From: a virus
Direction: 5' to 3' (one strand)
IMG/VR virus record: IMGVR_UViG_3300010033_000001
Location: 1 to 64,000 of that record
Length of the DNA stretch: 64,000 bases
Shown: positions 50,359 through 59,412 of the stretch, piece after piece
Layout: every line of letters begins with the position of its first letter
Position numbering within the stretch: the stretch's first letter is position 1
Made by a program: the position numbers and the translations under genes
The notes under the pieces: model-generated
What the model saw: the letters and a program-made list of their open reading frames with translations, nothing else
Databases searched by the model: none
What the model was told of the DNA's origin: nothing

Positions 50359-50802
50359 TTATTTTATGTATGGGGACTGCAAAATACCGATTTCAATGAC
50401 ATCACCAACAGCAGCGCCGTTGTTCAAAGAACGACCTACAACAACATTACCTGTTGCTGAAGTGATTACATTCGGCGGCCCACTACTGGGGTTTGTTCCA
50501 TCAAATGTGATTTCAGCGCCACGCGCAATGGCAGCCGTTTTTACAGTTCCTTCAATTACTGCGGTAAAGAATGTATTGACCGTTATTCGGCCATATTGAT
50601 CCTCTGCGATTTCAACATAACCAATTGGAAAATCGGTCGCTGCTGCAATTGGAATCACCTGGTAATCGGCCGTTGTGTCAACTTTCACCGGTAGACCTTT
50701 TACGAAGGTTCCAGTGCCAGCCTTGAATGATAGTGATAGCGGGTACTTTTCCTTAAAATGTACATTTACTTCCGCTAAATCTTGGATTGATCCAGTGCTC
50801 AT
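50359..50802 (-). CDS. DUF2190-like head decoration/cement protein
   Basis: 147 aa with a Gly/Ala/Val-rich beta pattern (PIGYVEIAEDQ...GAEITFDG...VVGRSL...GDVIEIGIL). Confidence 0.4.
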   Translation of the reverse strand: MSTGSIQDLAEVNVHFKEKYPLSLSFKAGTGTFVKGLPVKVDTTADYQVIPIAAATDFPIGYVEIAEDQYGRITVNTFFTAVIEGTVKTAAIARGAEITFDGTNPSSGPPNVITSATGNVVVGRSLNNGAAVGDVIEIGILQSPYIK

Positions 50803-50803
50803 T

Positions 50804-52246
50804 TTATTTTCTGTTTAAGTCTACAAGGTTTACAGCGCCCTTAGATTTCTCTTTGGTTACATCGTCTTTCGGGTCAGCACTCGAGCGCATTTTGATTTTG
50901 GTGGAATTACACACCTCACAGACAGCACCAAATTCTTCATAAAGCTGACCGCCAAACATGACAATCTTAGCTTCGACACTTTCGATATCGCCATCCTTGA
51001 TTTCATTTAAAATCGTATCATCAGGCTCACCTTTACTGAATTGGTTATAAAGGCTAGTGGCTTTTTCGCGTGCTGCTTCCAGAATCTTTTCGCCAGCTTC
51101 AGAATTCTTTTTGTTCTGGGCGATTTCAGATTCCAGGTCAGATTTTTCCTTTTGCAGATTCTTGTAACTGGTTTTAAGCTGCTCATGCAAATCCTTTTCG
51201 GTTGCAAATTTCGCTGCATCAGTTTTGAAGTTCTGCATTTCGACTTGATCATCCTTGCTCATTAAGACAAGAGTGTCAAAGTCCTGTGTTTCCAGCTTAC
51301 TTTCGAGTTCCTCCGGTTTGCAGGCAAAGAAAGCAATCAAGAAATTTTGAAGATCTTCATTCATTTTTTTATTAGGTTTTTGAATTGTTTTTTTAGTTGG
51401 TCCTGCGACCGGCTTGTTCAAATGTACTATTTTTTCGGAGTCAAGACAATCATACACAAAGTATTTGTTGTTTGTCTCGTATAGATTCCTTAAAGGATCA
51501 TCATTGAAATTGTTGAAAAACAACTCGCCTTTATTCAGGCTGAACATACGTGATATTGGTACTTGTCCACTACTATCCAGCATCTTAGCAAAAGGATCTG
51601 CCCCATCCCATACCAAAGAACTTTCTAAATACTCCTCAATACTGGTGGCAACCCGGGTCACCTCCCGGCCGTCCAACATTTCACCAACATGCATAAAGAA
51701 ATCTATGGGCTCCTCAAACTCATGTGATGACTCCCATTCAAAAATAACCGTCACGCTGGCAGAGTCCACGGGTGAACCATGGGGTGAGTTCATTTCACGA
51801 ACAAGCCTGGGGTGCAGTACATTGTCAATGATGAAAGGTGCATCGATTCCGGCCGGTATTCTGGTACCTGCATCATTAGTATAAGCCGCAGTATAAACCG
51901 TATTTCCAACGATACCGATATTATTGCCTGTCTCTAAGATATGATCACGGTACGCAGTCACTCCCGCCAACATTGGCGTTGAAGCTTTCAAAACGCCTGG
52001 GGCTGTGAAATCACTCGACTTCCATGTGCCGCTGCCCACAATCGTTTCTGATATGTGCCTGAATGGAAAGAAAGAAAAATCGCCTTCCTTTGGTACCACA
52101 TCGATAGGGCCATCCGGGGTACCCTCACCCGGGCCTAAACCCTGAAATGATTCTTTTGATACTTTGGCATTGTGGGCCATCAGCATATCACAGCTGCTAT
52201 TGAATAGGGTTAAAGCATTTTGTCCTGTGATTTTTTTCCTCGCCAT
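50804..52246 (-). CDS. prohead protease fused to a scaffold-like coiled coil
   Basis: The N-terminal half has an HK97-protease-like YRDHILETGNNIGIVGN motif. The C-terminal half is a charged coiled coil. Confidence 0.45.
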   Translation of the reverse strand: MARKKITGQNALTLFNSSCDMLMAHNAKVSKESFQGLGPGEGTPDGPIDVVPKEGDFSFFPFRHISETIVGSGTWKSSDFTAPGVLKASTPMLAGVTAYRDHILETGNNIGIVGNTVYTAAYTNDAGTRIPAGIDAPFIIDNVLHPRLVREMNSPHGSPVDSASVTVIFEWESSHEFEEPIDFFMHVGEMLDGREVTRVATSIEEYLESSLVWDGADPFAKMLDSSGQVPISRMFSLNKGELFFNNFNDDPLRNLYETNNKYFVYDCLDSEKIVHLNKPVAGPTKKTIQKPNKKMNEDLQNFLIAFFACKPEELESKLETQDFDTLVLMSKDDQVEMQNFKTDAAKFATEKDLHEQLKTSYKNLQKEKSDLESEIAQNKKNSEAGEKILEAAREKATSLYNQFSKGEPDDTILNEIKDGDIESVEAKIVMFGGQLYEEFGAVCEVCNSTKIKMRSSADPKDDVTKEKSKGAVNLVDLNRK

Positions 52247-52313
52247 CAGCGTATTTTTGATCTAATATATGAATTCTCAAATTATGTTGCTAATACCAGT
52301 GTCGCATCACACA

Positions 52314-52679
52314 TTAGATGTAATACACAACAATTTCTACCGATCCTACCGTGGCCCCATTAGCAGTGTAATAAGCCTCTATATTTAGAGGATTAGAACT
52401 GTCCAATACTGCAAATTTCACACTTCTATCAATGACATTACCACTTCCTACATCTAACATGAGATGACCAGTACCAAATATAAGGTCCTGGTCAGTAGAT
52501 ATTCCGACCTCAACAGTTGGACTGGTACCATTGAAGAAAGTTTCTTGATAACTTTCGGAGTATAGCACATAAGATCCTGCCGGTATTGTTCCCAAAGTTA
52601 CTATGGCAGGACTATCGTGACTCACAGTAGCTCTGACTGTTTTGACGATATGATCATTTTCTGTATGGTGTAAAGGCAT
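52314..52679 (-). CDS. hypothetical virion-module protein
   Basis: 121-aa ORF. Confidence 0.45.
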   Translation of the reverse strand: MPLHHTENDHIVKTVRATVSHDSPAIVTLGTIPAGSYVLYSESYQETFFNGTSPTVEVGISTDQDLIFGTGHLMLDVGSGNVIDRSVKFAVLDSSNPLNIEAYYTANGATVGSVEIVVYYI

Positions 52680-52688
52680 TATTTTATA

Positions 52689-53231
52689 TTAGTTAATAAC
52701 TGCTGCTTGCAAAATTGTACCAAAACCAGAGGTTAAACCAGCGCCTTGCTCTACACCAATATTTCTGGTTCCTCCTGAATTTTGCCATACCTTTAATTCA
52801 AAATTTTGAGTGTTTGGTAAAGTAAAGATAGCAGAACCAGTCTGTACAGTACCAACAGAGACTGCTTGTACAGTACTTTGAGCAAGTCTTTGTGTATTAT
52901 CACCGTTTATTTCTAAATAAGCTGTCCTCACTCCTACACTATTAGTGTCCCAATTAACCATATAGGAAACCATTAAAGTTAGATCACGACCACTATTATT
53001 TGTGATAATACCAACTATACTCAACGATAATCCCGTGGATGTCGGATTAGACTCAAATCTAGTATCTGCTGAATTAAAAAGTGCCCCTGCGCCTACGCTT
53101 ATCTCATTTAATATGCTTCTAATACCATTTCTCCTTACCGCAAGAATAGGAGCGTTTTTTAACCTGACTAGATTCCCATTTTTTGAAAAATGATCATCAT
53201 GAAGATGACTATGTTGTACATGAGTCCCCAT
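52689..53231 (-). CDS. hypothetical beta-rich protein
   Basis: 180-aa ORF whose start overlaps the stop of the giant gene. Confidence 0.45.
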   Translation of the reverse strand: MGTHVQHSHLHDDHFSKNGNLVRLKNAPILAVRRNGIRSILNEISVGAGALFNSADTRFESNPTSTGLSLSIVGIITNNSGRDLTLMVSYMVNWDTNSVGVRTAYLEINGDNTQRLAQSTVQAVSVGTVQTGSAIFTLPNTQNFELKVWQNSGGTRNIGVEQGAGLTSGFGTILQAAVIN

Positions 53232-56200
53232 TAAGTTACTGGTGTTGTTCTCAAAGTTCCATCATTCTCTACCTGAATCCTATGTCTAGAAGCATCAGGA
53301 GCAATCATTATGAAACTATCAAATTCTAATTCTCCTGTTATTTTATGCTCACTGACTGTTTCTTCTAGTGCCAATCCATAAACAAATCTGGTTGCTCTAC
53401 CTTGAAGTAAGGCTGCTAAATCAGAATGTCTGAAAAAATGATTAGAACCAAATGTTCTAAATTCAATATCTTGTGGTATATCTATAGACTCCCATAAAGG
53501 AGAAGGTGTATCAATATCATTATCATCTAATTGAACAGCAGAACCGGTTGCACCAATAGCTGCTGGTACTGTTTCTAATATTCCAGTAGGATTTCCATCG
53601 GTACCTATAGCAGGTCTAAAATGAATAAGCAATTCGTTTTCTCCTGTAAATGTATAATCAGTATTTGCATTCCGTCTAAATGTTTGCCATCTATCTTGAC
53701 GAGCTACAGTATTTTGGGCTGTATAGTTTAAGATAGTAGCAGTATCAGGAGTAAATCTGACTGTTATATCACTTGGAGCACTTTCAAGAGTAAGATCTAC
53801 TACTAAATTAGCTCCATCTACTCGATATTCATATCCAATAACTATATCTACAGTTCTATTACTATATCTAGGTCCTAAATAAATACTATCAGATATAGTG
53901 CGTTTTGCTTGTGCAGTATTAGTAGCAGGTATTGGTACTTCTACTAATCTTCCAGCGTCAGTATCAACTCCACCAAGTAATATATCTGGACCAATTTGAA
54001 GAGTTCTACTGGTTGATGTTGCACCTGTTGGAAAATTAGTAATAATATGTGTTGATACACTACCTGGAGTAGTAGTAACTATATCACTCCCGGCACTTCT
54101 AGGTAAGAAGTGAGGTTCATTTGTAATTACAGCAGAAGTAGTTTGTTGTGGAATAAAGTTATTTATTCTAAACGTACCTGATACGGTAGTATCAACAAAC
54201 GGTATCAAATTGGCACCATCAACGATATATAGTAATATCTTTGTAGAAACAGTATTAGCTATACTTCCAGTTAAATCTCCTGTTGCATTTGTGATAGCAC
54301 TTGTAAATGCTGTACCTCCCACTTTGGCAGTAAATGTTAGTACTTCCGCATTCGAAACTACTGTAACACCGGCAATATCTAAAGCGGTTGCATGAGTAGT
54401 AACAAAATCAGTGGCCGTGTCTGATAATCCTAAAGCATTAAACGTCACTAAATAATCGGTTCCATTAATGTTTATGTTTGCAGTACCAGAAGTTCCACTT
54501 AGAGTAATATCGTCAACCTGAGCTAATGCATTTACTTTAAATCCAAATTGTCGAAAGATATTCGTACCTAATCCTGTATATCTAATACCTTCCCCAGCAT
54601 CGTCATATGTTATACCTGCACTTTCATAATGTTGATTTGCAGCAGTACCTCTGAAATCTGCTAGTAAATCATATCCTGTTAAAACATTTACAATTTCTGT
54701 AGCTGCTGCTGGAGTAAATAAATCTGCCCAATCATTGAGTTTACTAACATTGGGAGAAAGAGGGTATAATGCATCTATCTTACTTCTTAATGAAGATATA
54801 TCTGTAGATGATCCATTTGTAAATCTATTTAGAAGTGCTATTGGAAAATTCCCTTCTCTAAGTTGAAAGAAGTCACTTAGAGTAAATTGTTGTGATCCAT
54901 TTACAGTAGTTTCAGTTATTTGATCTGAGAAATGAAACAAAGTAGATGACACCGGGAATCTATCACCTGAAATAATATCCCAATCATTTATATCTGTTTG
55001 ACTTGGAGTATCCGAAATAGCCAATAACCAATCTCCTTGAGTTACAGCAGTGCCTAATAAAAATCCATCTCCTCCTATTCTATAAGCAGAAAACCTGGAA
55101 GCCCCTTGAGGTAAAGGAGTGTTTGTTGACGCAAGAGTATCGGGAATGACTGTTTGATCTTCAATAATCCAAGTATCATGCGGGGTTGAACTAGGTGCAA
55201 TATTAATTCCTGTAACTCTTCTTAAAAATCCTCTGTTAGCTCCTGAACGATATACTAAAGTTGTAGGACTAGATAAATATACACTGAAGGTACTTCCAAG
55301 ATAATCAGAACCACCTATTCCTGTTGGAAAAATATACAGAGGATTACTAGATGTAGCAGCTACTAGTGTAGCACCAGATATAAGCTCATAACTTATTTGA
55401 CCAGCTACTAACCTAGAAGTTCCTATCTCTATAAATGCATATTGACTTAAACTAGTAATACCAATAGGTAATGTAAGAGTAAAAGATTGAGCTGTAGCTG
55501 CTGCACTAGGAGGTGTAGAAGGTTCTACTAATATATCTCTACTTGATAAAGCAGCAACTGTAGTACTAGGTCCTACTGGACCTGCTGGACCTTGAGGTCC
55601 AATAATTCTATTTGCTTGCTTAAATATAATAGCATGATTTAAAAAGCCAAAATTAGATATATTAGCAGCTATTCTAGTATTTGTACCAAGTTGATAAGCA
55701 ATTAGTCTAAATTCTAATCTATAAGGAAAAGGAGCATCTAAAAACTCCTGATCTATAGTTATAGTTCCTAAGCCTGGGATAGTAATATCACCCAAAGGAA
55801 CAATTACCTCTGAGTTAAATCCGTTGAACTCTATCGTTTGAGGTGTCGCTGCCTGTAAATCTATTCTTAAACTTCTAGGTGTAGTAAAAGCATTTGCCTG
55901 TCCTTCAAAGTGGGTAAATCTACTTTGTATTTCTAAGGAACAAGCAACATCAGACTGTAGTTGTATTTGTCCCTGAAACAAATTTTCAAAAGGAATATCC
56001 GCAAGTATTCCACCTACTGATGTTCGGGTAGGGATCACATCAAAATCAGTTCCATCACCTGTGGCTAATACTACATGACTCGTAGAAGGTGTAGCAAGCC
56101 CAGCACTCGGTGTCAGCCTTTCGTAATAATAATTAGGATTACTTGATGGAAGTGCATTTATCGTTTGTAAAATTTGTGCATTAGAAACAGACGCTACGGT

Positions 56201-57202
56201 GCCTGTAAACTCAAATCTTCTAATCGTAAGACTCCCGTTTGAGATCGCAGCATTTGTACTTACCGAACCTGATCTGGCCTGAATAGAAACTCTGATTTGA
56301 TCGTTTTGCTCTAAAGCACTTTTGAAAGATAGGGTAAACTCCAAATCATTAGGAGCCAAAGGGCTTACATCAGCAGTTGTTGCCCTGATATAACTGGATT
56401 GTTCCGCTTCTATAGAAGCCACTCCCGACCTTACTTTATATAGTTTGATATCAGGAACTAATCGATCATTTGCAGTTGAAGTAGTGTTTTGTACCGTCAA
56501 ATTGACAGTTATGTCATAAAAACCTGCTTCATCAATATCGACTCTGGTTGTGTCTGTATTAAGACTAGAATGGTCTGAACCGCTTGCATTAGGTTCTGCT
56601 GTAAATACAACAAAAGTTTCAGAACTAATAGCCTGAGAGGCTAAAGAAGTTGAATACTCATTATCAAAACTGTTCGCTGTTATATCTGTGTCCTCAAAAG
56701 AATTGCTTAGAATATCAAAGATCAAAATCTCAGTATCGGCAAACGGCATACCTTGATCCCTTTGATGAACTACGGGAATCTCAAACCACCCTGCGCTGCC
56801 ACCCATACCCTCAACAGGTTCAGTAGTTTTGAATAAGGCAAATTTAGATGGGTTATCTAATGCTTTTAATCGAATAAACGTATTGGCAGGTAAACTTTGA
56901 TATACTTCATCCAGTCTTTCTGTGCTTGTAGCAGTCCCCGCCAACCTGTCTATATATACTCTTGTAGTAGTTTGTACCGTGGTATTATTAAATCTTATTC
57001 CCTTTACTGGTGGATCAGATGTATTTGAAGTTGCATCAAATGTGTACAATATATCATGCCTCTCAAGATTAGAGATAGCAGATTCTACGTTTTGACTTTG
57101 CCCTTGACGTACAACATCCTCAGAAATAGCAATTGGATTACCATTGGATGTCCTGAGGCCGTTTAATAAGCGAATTGGATTTTCTAAATCAGAAGTAGCC
57201 AT
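53231..57202 (-). CDS. giant fibrous structural protein (1323 aa)
   Basis: Uninterrupted ORF, Thr/Ser/Asn/Gly-rich, with a short collagen-like GPQGPAGPVGPS stretch. Confidence 0.6.
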   Translation of the reverse strand: MATSDLENPIRLLNGLRTSNGNPIAISEDVVRQGQSQNVESAISNLERHDILYTFDATSNTSDPPVKGIRFNNTTVQTTTRVYIDRLAGTATSTERLDEVYQSLPANTFIRLKALDNPSKFALFKTTEPVEGMGGSAGWFEIPVVHQRDQGMPFADTEILIFDILSNSFEDTDITANSFDNEYSTSLASQAISSETFVVFTAEPNASGSDHSSLNTDTTRVDIDEAGFYDITVNLTVQNTTSTANDRLVPDIKLYKVRSGVASIEAEQSSYIRATTADVSPLAPNDLEFTLSFKSALEQNDQIRVSIQARSGSVSTNAAISNGSLTIRRFEFTGTVASVSNAQILQTINALPSSNPNYYYERLTPSAGLATPSTSHVVLATGDGTDFDVIPTRTSVGGILADIPFENLFQGQIQLQSDVACSLEIQSRFTHFEGQANAFTTPRSLRIDLQAATPQTIEFNGFNSEVIVPLGDITIPGLGTITIDQEFLDAPFPYRLEFRLIAYQLGTNTRIAANISNFGFLNHAIIFKQANRIIGPQGPAGPVGPSTTVAALSSRDILVEPSTPPSAAATAQSFTLTLPIGITSLSQYAFIEIGTSRLVAGQISYELISGATLVAATSSNPLYIFPTGIGGSDYLGSTFSVYLSSPTTLVYRSGANRGFLRRVTGINIAPSSTPHDTWIIEDQTVIPDTLASTNTPLPQGASRFSAYRIGGDGFLLGTAVTQGDWLLAISDTPSQTDINDWDIISGDRFPVSSTLFHFSDQITETTVNGSQQFTLSDFFQLREGNFPIALLNRFTNGSSTDISSLRSKIDALYPLSPNVSKLNDWADLFTPAAATEIVNVLTGYDLLADFRGTAANQHYESAGITYDDAGEGIRYTGLGTNIFRQFGFKVNALAQVDDITLSGTSGTANININGTDYLVTFNALGLSDTATDFVTTHATALDIAGVTVVSNAEVLTFTAKVGGTAFTSAITNATGDLTGSIANTVSTKILLYIVDGANLIPFVDTTVSGTFRINNFIPQQTTSAVITNEPHFLPRSAGSDIVTTTPGSVSTHIITNFPTGATSTSRTLQIGPDILLGGVDTDAGRLVEVPIPATNTAQAKRTISDSIYLGPRYSNRTVDIVIGYEYRVDGANLVVDLTLESAPSDITVRFTPDTATILNYTAQNTVARQDRWQTFRRNANTDYTFTGENELLIHFRPAIGTDGNPTGILETVPAAIGATGSAVQLDDNDIDTPSPLWESIDIPQDIEFRTFGSNHFFRHSDLAALLQGRATRFVYGLALEETVSEHKITGELEFDSFIMIAPDASRHRIQVENDGTLRTTPVT

Positions 57203-57204
57203 AA

Positions 57205-59388
57205 TTATGAAGCTGTTAAAATTGTACCATTGTATGTATTGTTCACCGCAACGCCAACATTAGCAATTACGATGTTATAGTCCTGAGCAGCTATTGTGAA
57301 GCCATTAATGGCTGCAAACTGGTTACCTTGTGAAAGTGATGAATCATATAATGTAAAACCTCCCTGTGTTATTCTGGTAATTGTTCCAAGTGCCACAGGA
57401 ACCGCAAAATACAATCTATATAAATTGCTATCATCAGGAATACCTGATACTGTCCAATTACCTGCGAACTGATCCCGGGCTTCAATATCGGTATTTGTAA
57501 AGTCGATATTAGTGTGATCCTGAGTGGATAATACCCTACCAAAATGCGCCTGCTCATGGGTTTGTAAATTACCAATAGTTACAGGATATGGCAGTGAGTC
57601 ATGAGTGACATTGGTAAAGTCAGTTACTCGAATCAAGAATGTTAAATTAGTCGGGGCTGAACTATCAATACCACTTAATATTATTGTCTCTACTTGTTCA
57701 CCATCTCGTGTTGGTACCGGCAATGTTTTATTATCACCTGCATTTACAATTAATTCAACTCCTTGAACACTATAATGATTACTGATTGAATAAGTGGCTA
57801 TGTGGCTGACATTGAGGTTTGTGTTAAGGTCAACCCTTTCAGGTATATCGATACTAAAATCATGTGCTGAAGGTTCTACAGGCTCAAATCCTAAGGTACG
57901 CAGTTTGTCAGTAAGTTGAGTATCATCGATCGCACCTGTCAAACCACCAATACTATGAACATATTGACTACCATCAATTCTGTGCCAGTTCCCTGCAAAA
58001 CTCGAGCTACTTGGATTGTCAACAATAGCCAGCAGAATATCCTCAGTAGAAAAGGGTTCATTGTCAACTGTACCAGGACGAGTATTTCTATATGCATACC
58101 CCTTGTTAATCGTTCCCGTTGGAAAACTGCCGGTGCTGGCATCCCAAATCAAATCTGCACCCTGATCATCTTCAAGTACAAATGGTGCATTGATTGTCGT
58201 AGGTGTGACATCAGGCCTTTGCGGAGTCGTAGTCCCAGATATAGCAGTAGTGTTACTCATTAATAGCCACCTGGTGGCACCTGATCGCGGCAATTTTAGG
58301 AATATGCTTTGACCACGAGTGAGGGTAATGCTCTGACCAATCTGACCAATGAATTCCCCGGTCTGTGCAGTTATCATCATCTTTGATGCCTCAGAATCAT
58401 TTATGAACCTTACTACAAAATCAGTGACTGAATTGGTAATAAAATTCGCAATTGAATCAAGAGTTACAACTACCTGACCCAAAGGATCACGAACATTGAT
58501 TACATTGTGCCTGTCGTAAGTTGCAGAATTAGTGTGTGTAATGGTTATGCTATCAGTGATAGGTTCATTTTGAAATCTTCCTGATGCACCAGCTGGACCC
58601 ACTAATGATGTGGGTGATCCCCATGCGCCTGAAGCTTTAGGGCCATACAAATTATTGGCAGTTGTATCGATGAAAAAATCACCGTCCTGACCGGTGCCTC
58701 CGGAAGGTGCAGCCGTGCCATTTAATATGGTTCGACCTCCCGGACCAGTGGGGCCTATCAATGAAACTGCTGAACCCCATACCCCGGCATTCTTTGGGCC
58801 ATATATATCATTTGCTGCCGTGTCAATGTAGAAATCTCCATTTTCACCCAACCCTCCACCAGGTGCACCGGTACCGTTGAGTACCGTTCTGCCGGCAGTA
58901 CCCGTATCACCCTTCTGGCCGCGTACAACCGCAGAAACATTAGTCCAGTTGGTATTGGAATATATCGTCGGGTCAGTTGCGCCATCCCACCGCTGAAACT
59001 GCGCACCAACTGAAATGAGGGTTTCAAACGACCTTAGTTCATCAGTGTTATCAGTCGGGTTACCAACTGGTAAGCCGGGGTCAAAATAATCATCCCTTGC
59101 CTGAGCATCAGCGAAATTGTGATTTGAATCTATTGTAAATCCTGCCCCACCGCCACCCCTTGAGTTAATTTCTTCAGTTAAATATTGTAGTGCATCATCG
59201 ATCGTGCCAAATGCGACACCTGATTCATTTTGAACCTCACTCAGAGGTAGGCTACGATTGAATATCGGCCTGTTATTGGCATCAGTGAAAACAAAATCAT
59301 TGTTATCATCGAAATCAACATAGATCCCACCAGGGAATATCCTATTGTCAATTCTGACTGAATTGTTCTGTCTATAAATACGGGCCAT
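57205..59388 (-). CDS. fibrous structural protein with collagen-like tandem modules (727 aa)
   Basis: Two ~52-aa repeats R-T-[VI]-L-N-G-T-x-A-P-x-G-G-x-G-x-x-G-D-F-[YF]-I-D-T...Y-G-P-K...W-G flanked by G-x-x triplets. Confidence 0.6.
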   Translation of the reverse strand: MARIYRQNNSVRIDNRIFPGGIYVDFDDNNDFVFTDANNRPIFNRSLPLSEVQNESGVAFGTIDDALQYLTEEINSRGGGGAGFTIDSNHNFADAQARDDYFDPGLPVGNPTDNTDELRSFETLISVGAQFQRWDGATDPTIYSNTNWTNVSAVVRGQKGDTGTAGRTVLNGTGAPGGGLGENGDFYIDTAANDIYGPKNAGVWGSAVSLIGPTGPGGRTILNGTAAPSGGTGQDGDFFIDTTANNLYGPKASGAWGSPTSLVGPAGASGRFQNEPITDSITITHTNSATYDRHNVINVRDPLGQVVVTLDSIANFITNSVTDFVVRFINDSEASKMMITAQTGEFIGQIGQSITLTRGQSIFLKLPRSGATRWLLMSNTTAISGTTTPQRPDVTPTTINAPFVLEDDQGADLIWDASTGSFPTGTINKGYAYRNTRPGTVDNEPFSTEDILLAIVDNPSSSSFAGNWHRIDGSQYVHSIGGLTGAIDDTQLTDKLRTLGFEPVEPSAHDFSIDIPERVDLNTNLNVSHIATYSISNHYSVQGVELIVNAGDNKTLPVPTRDGEQVETIILSGIDSSAPTNLTFLIRVTDFTNVTHDSLPYPVTIGNLQTHEQAHFGRVLSTQDHTNIDFTNTDIEARDQFAGNWTVSGIPDDSNLYRLYFAVPVALGTITRITQGGFTLYDSSLSQGNQFAAINGFTIAAQDYNIVIANVGVAVNNTYNGTILTAS

Positions 59389-59412
59389 AAGAGTTAAATT
59401 GTTTTTATGTCA

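Noticed and set aside
35500-51884. Numerous plus-strand ORFs of 60-165 aa (for example 36109..36543, 40600..41091, 41101..41463, 51414..51884)
   Set aside because: All lie fully inside long minus-strand structural genes with recognisable motifs. They are low-complexity shadow ORFs without promoters or independent spacing.
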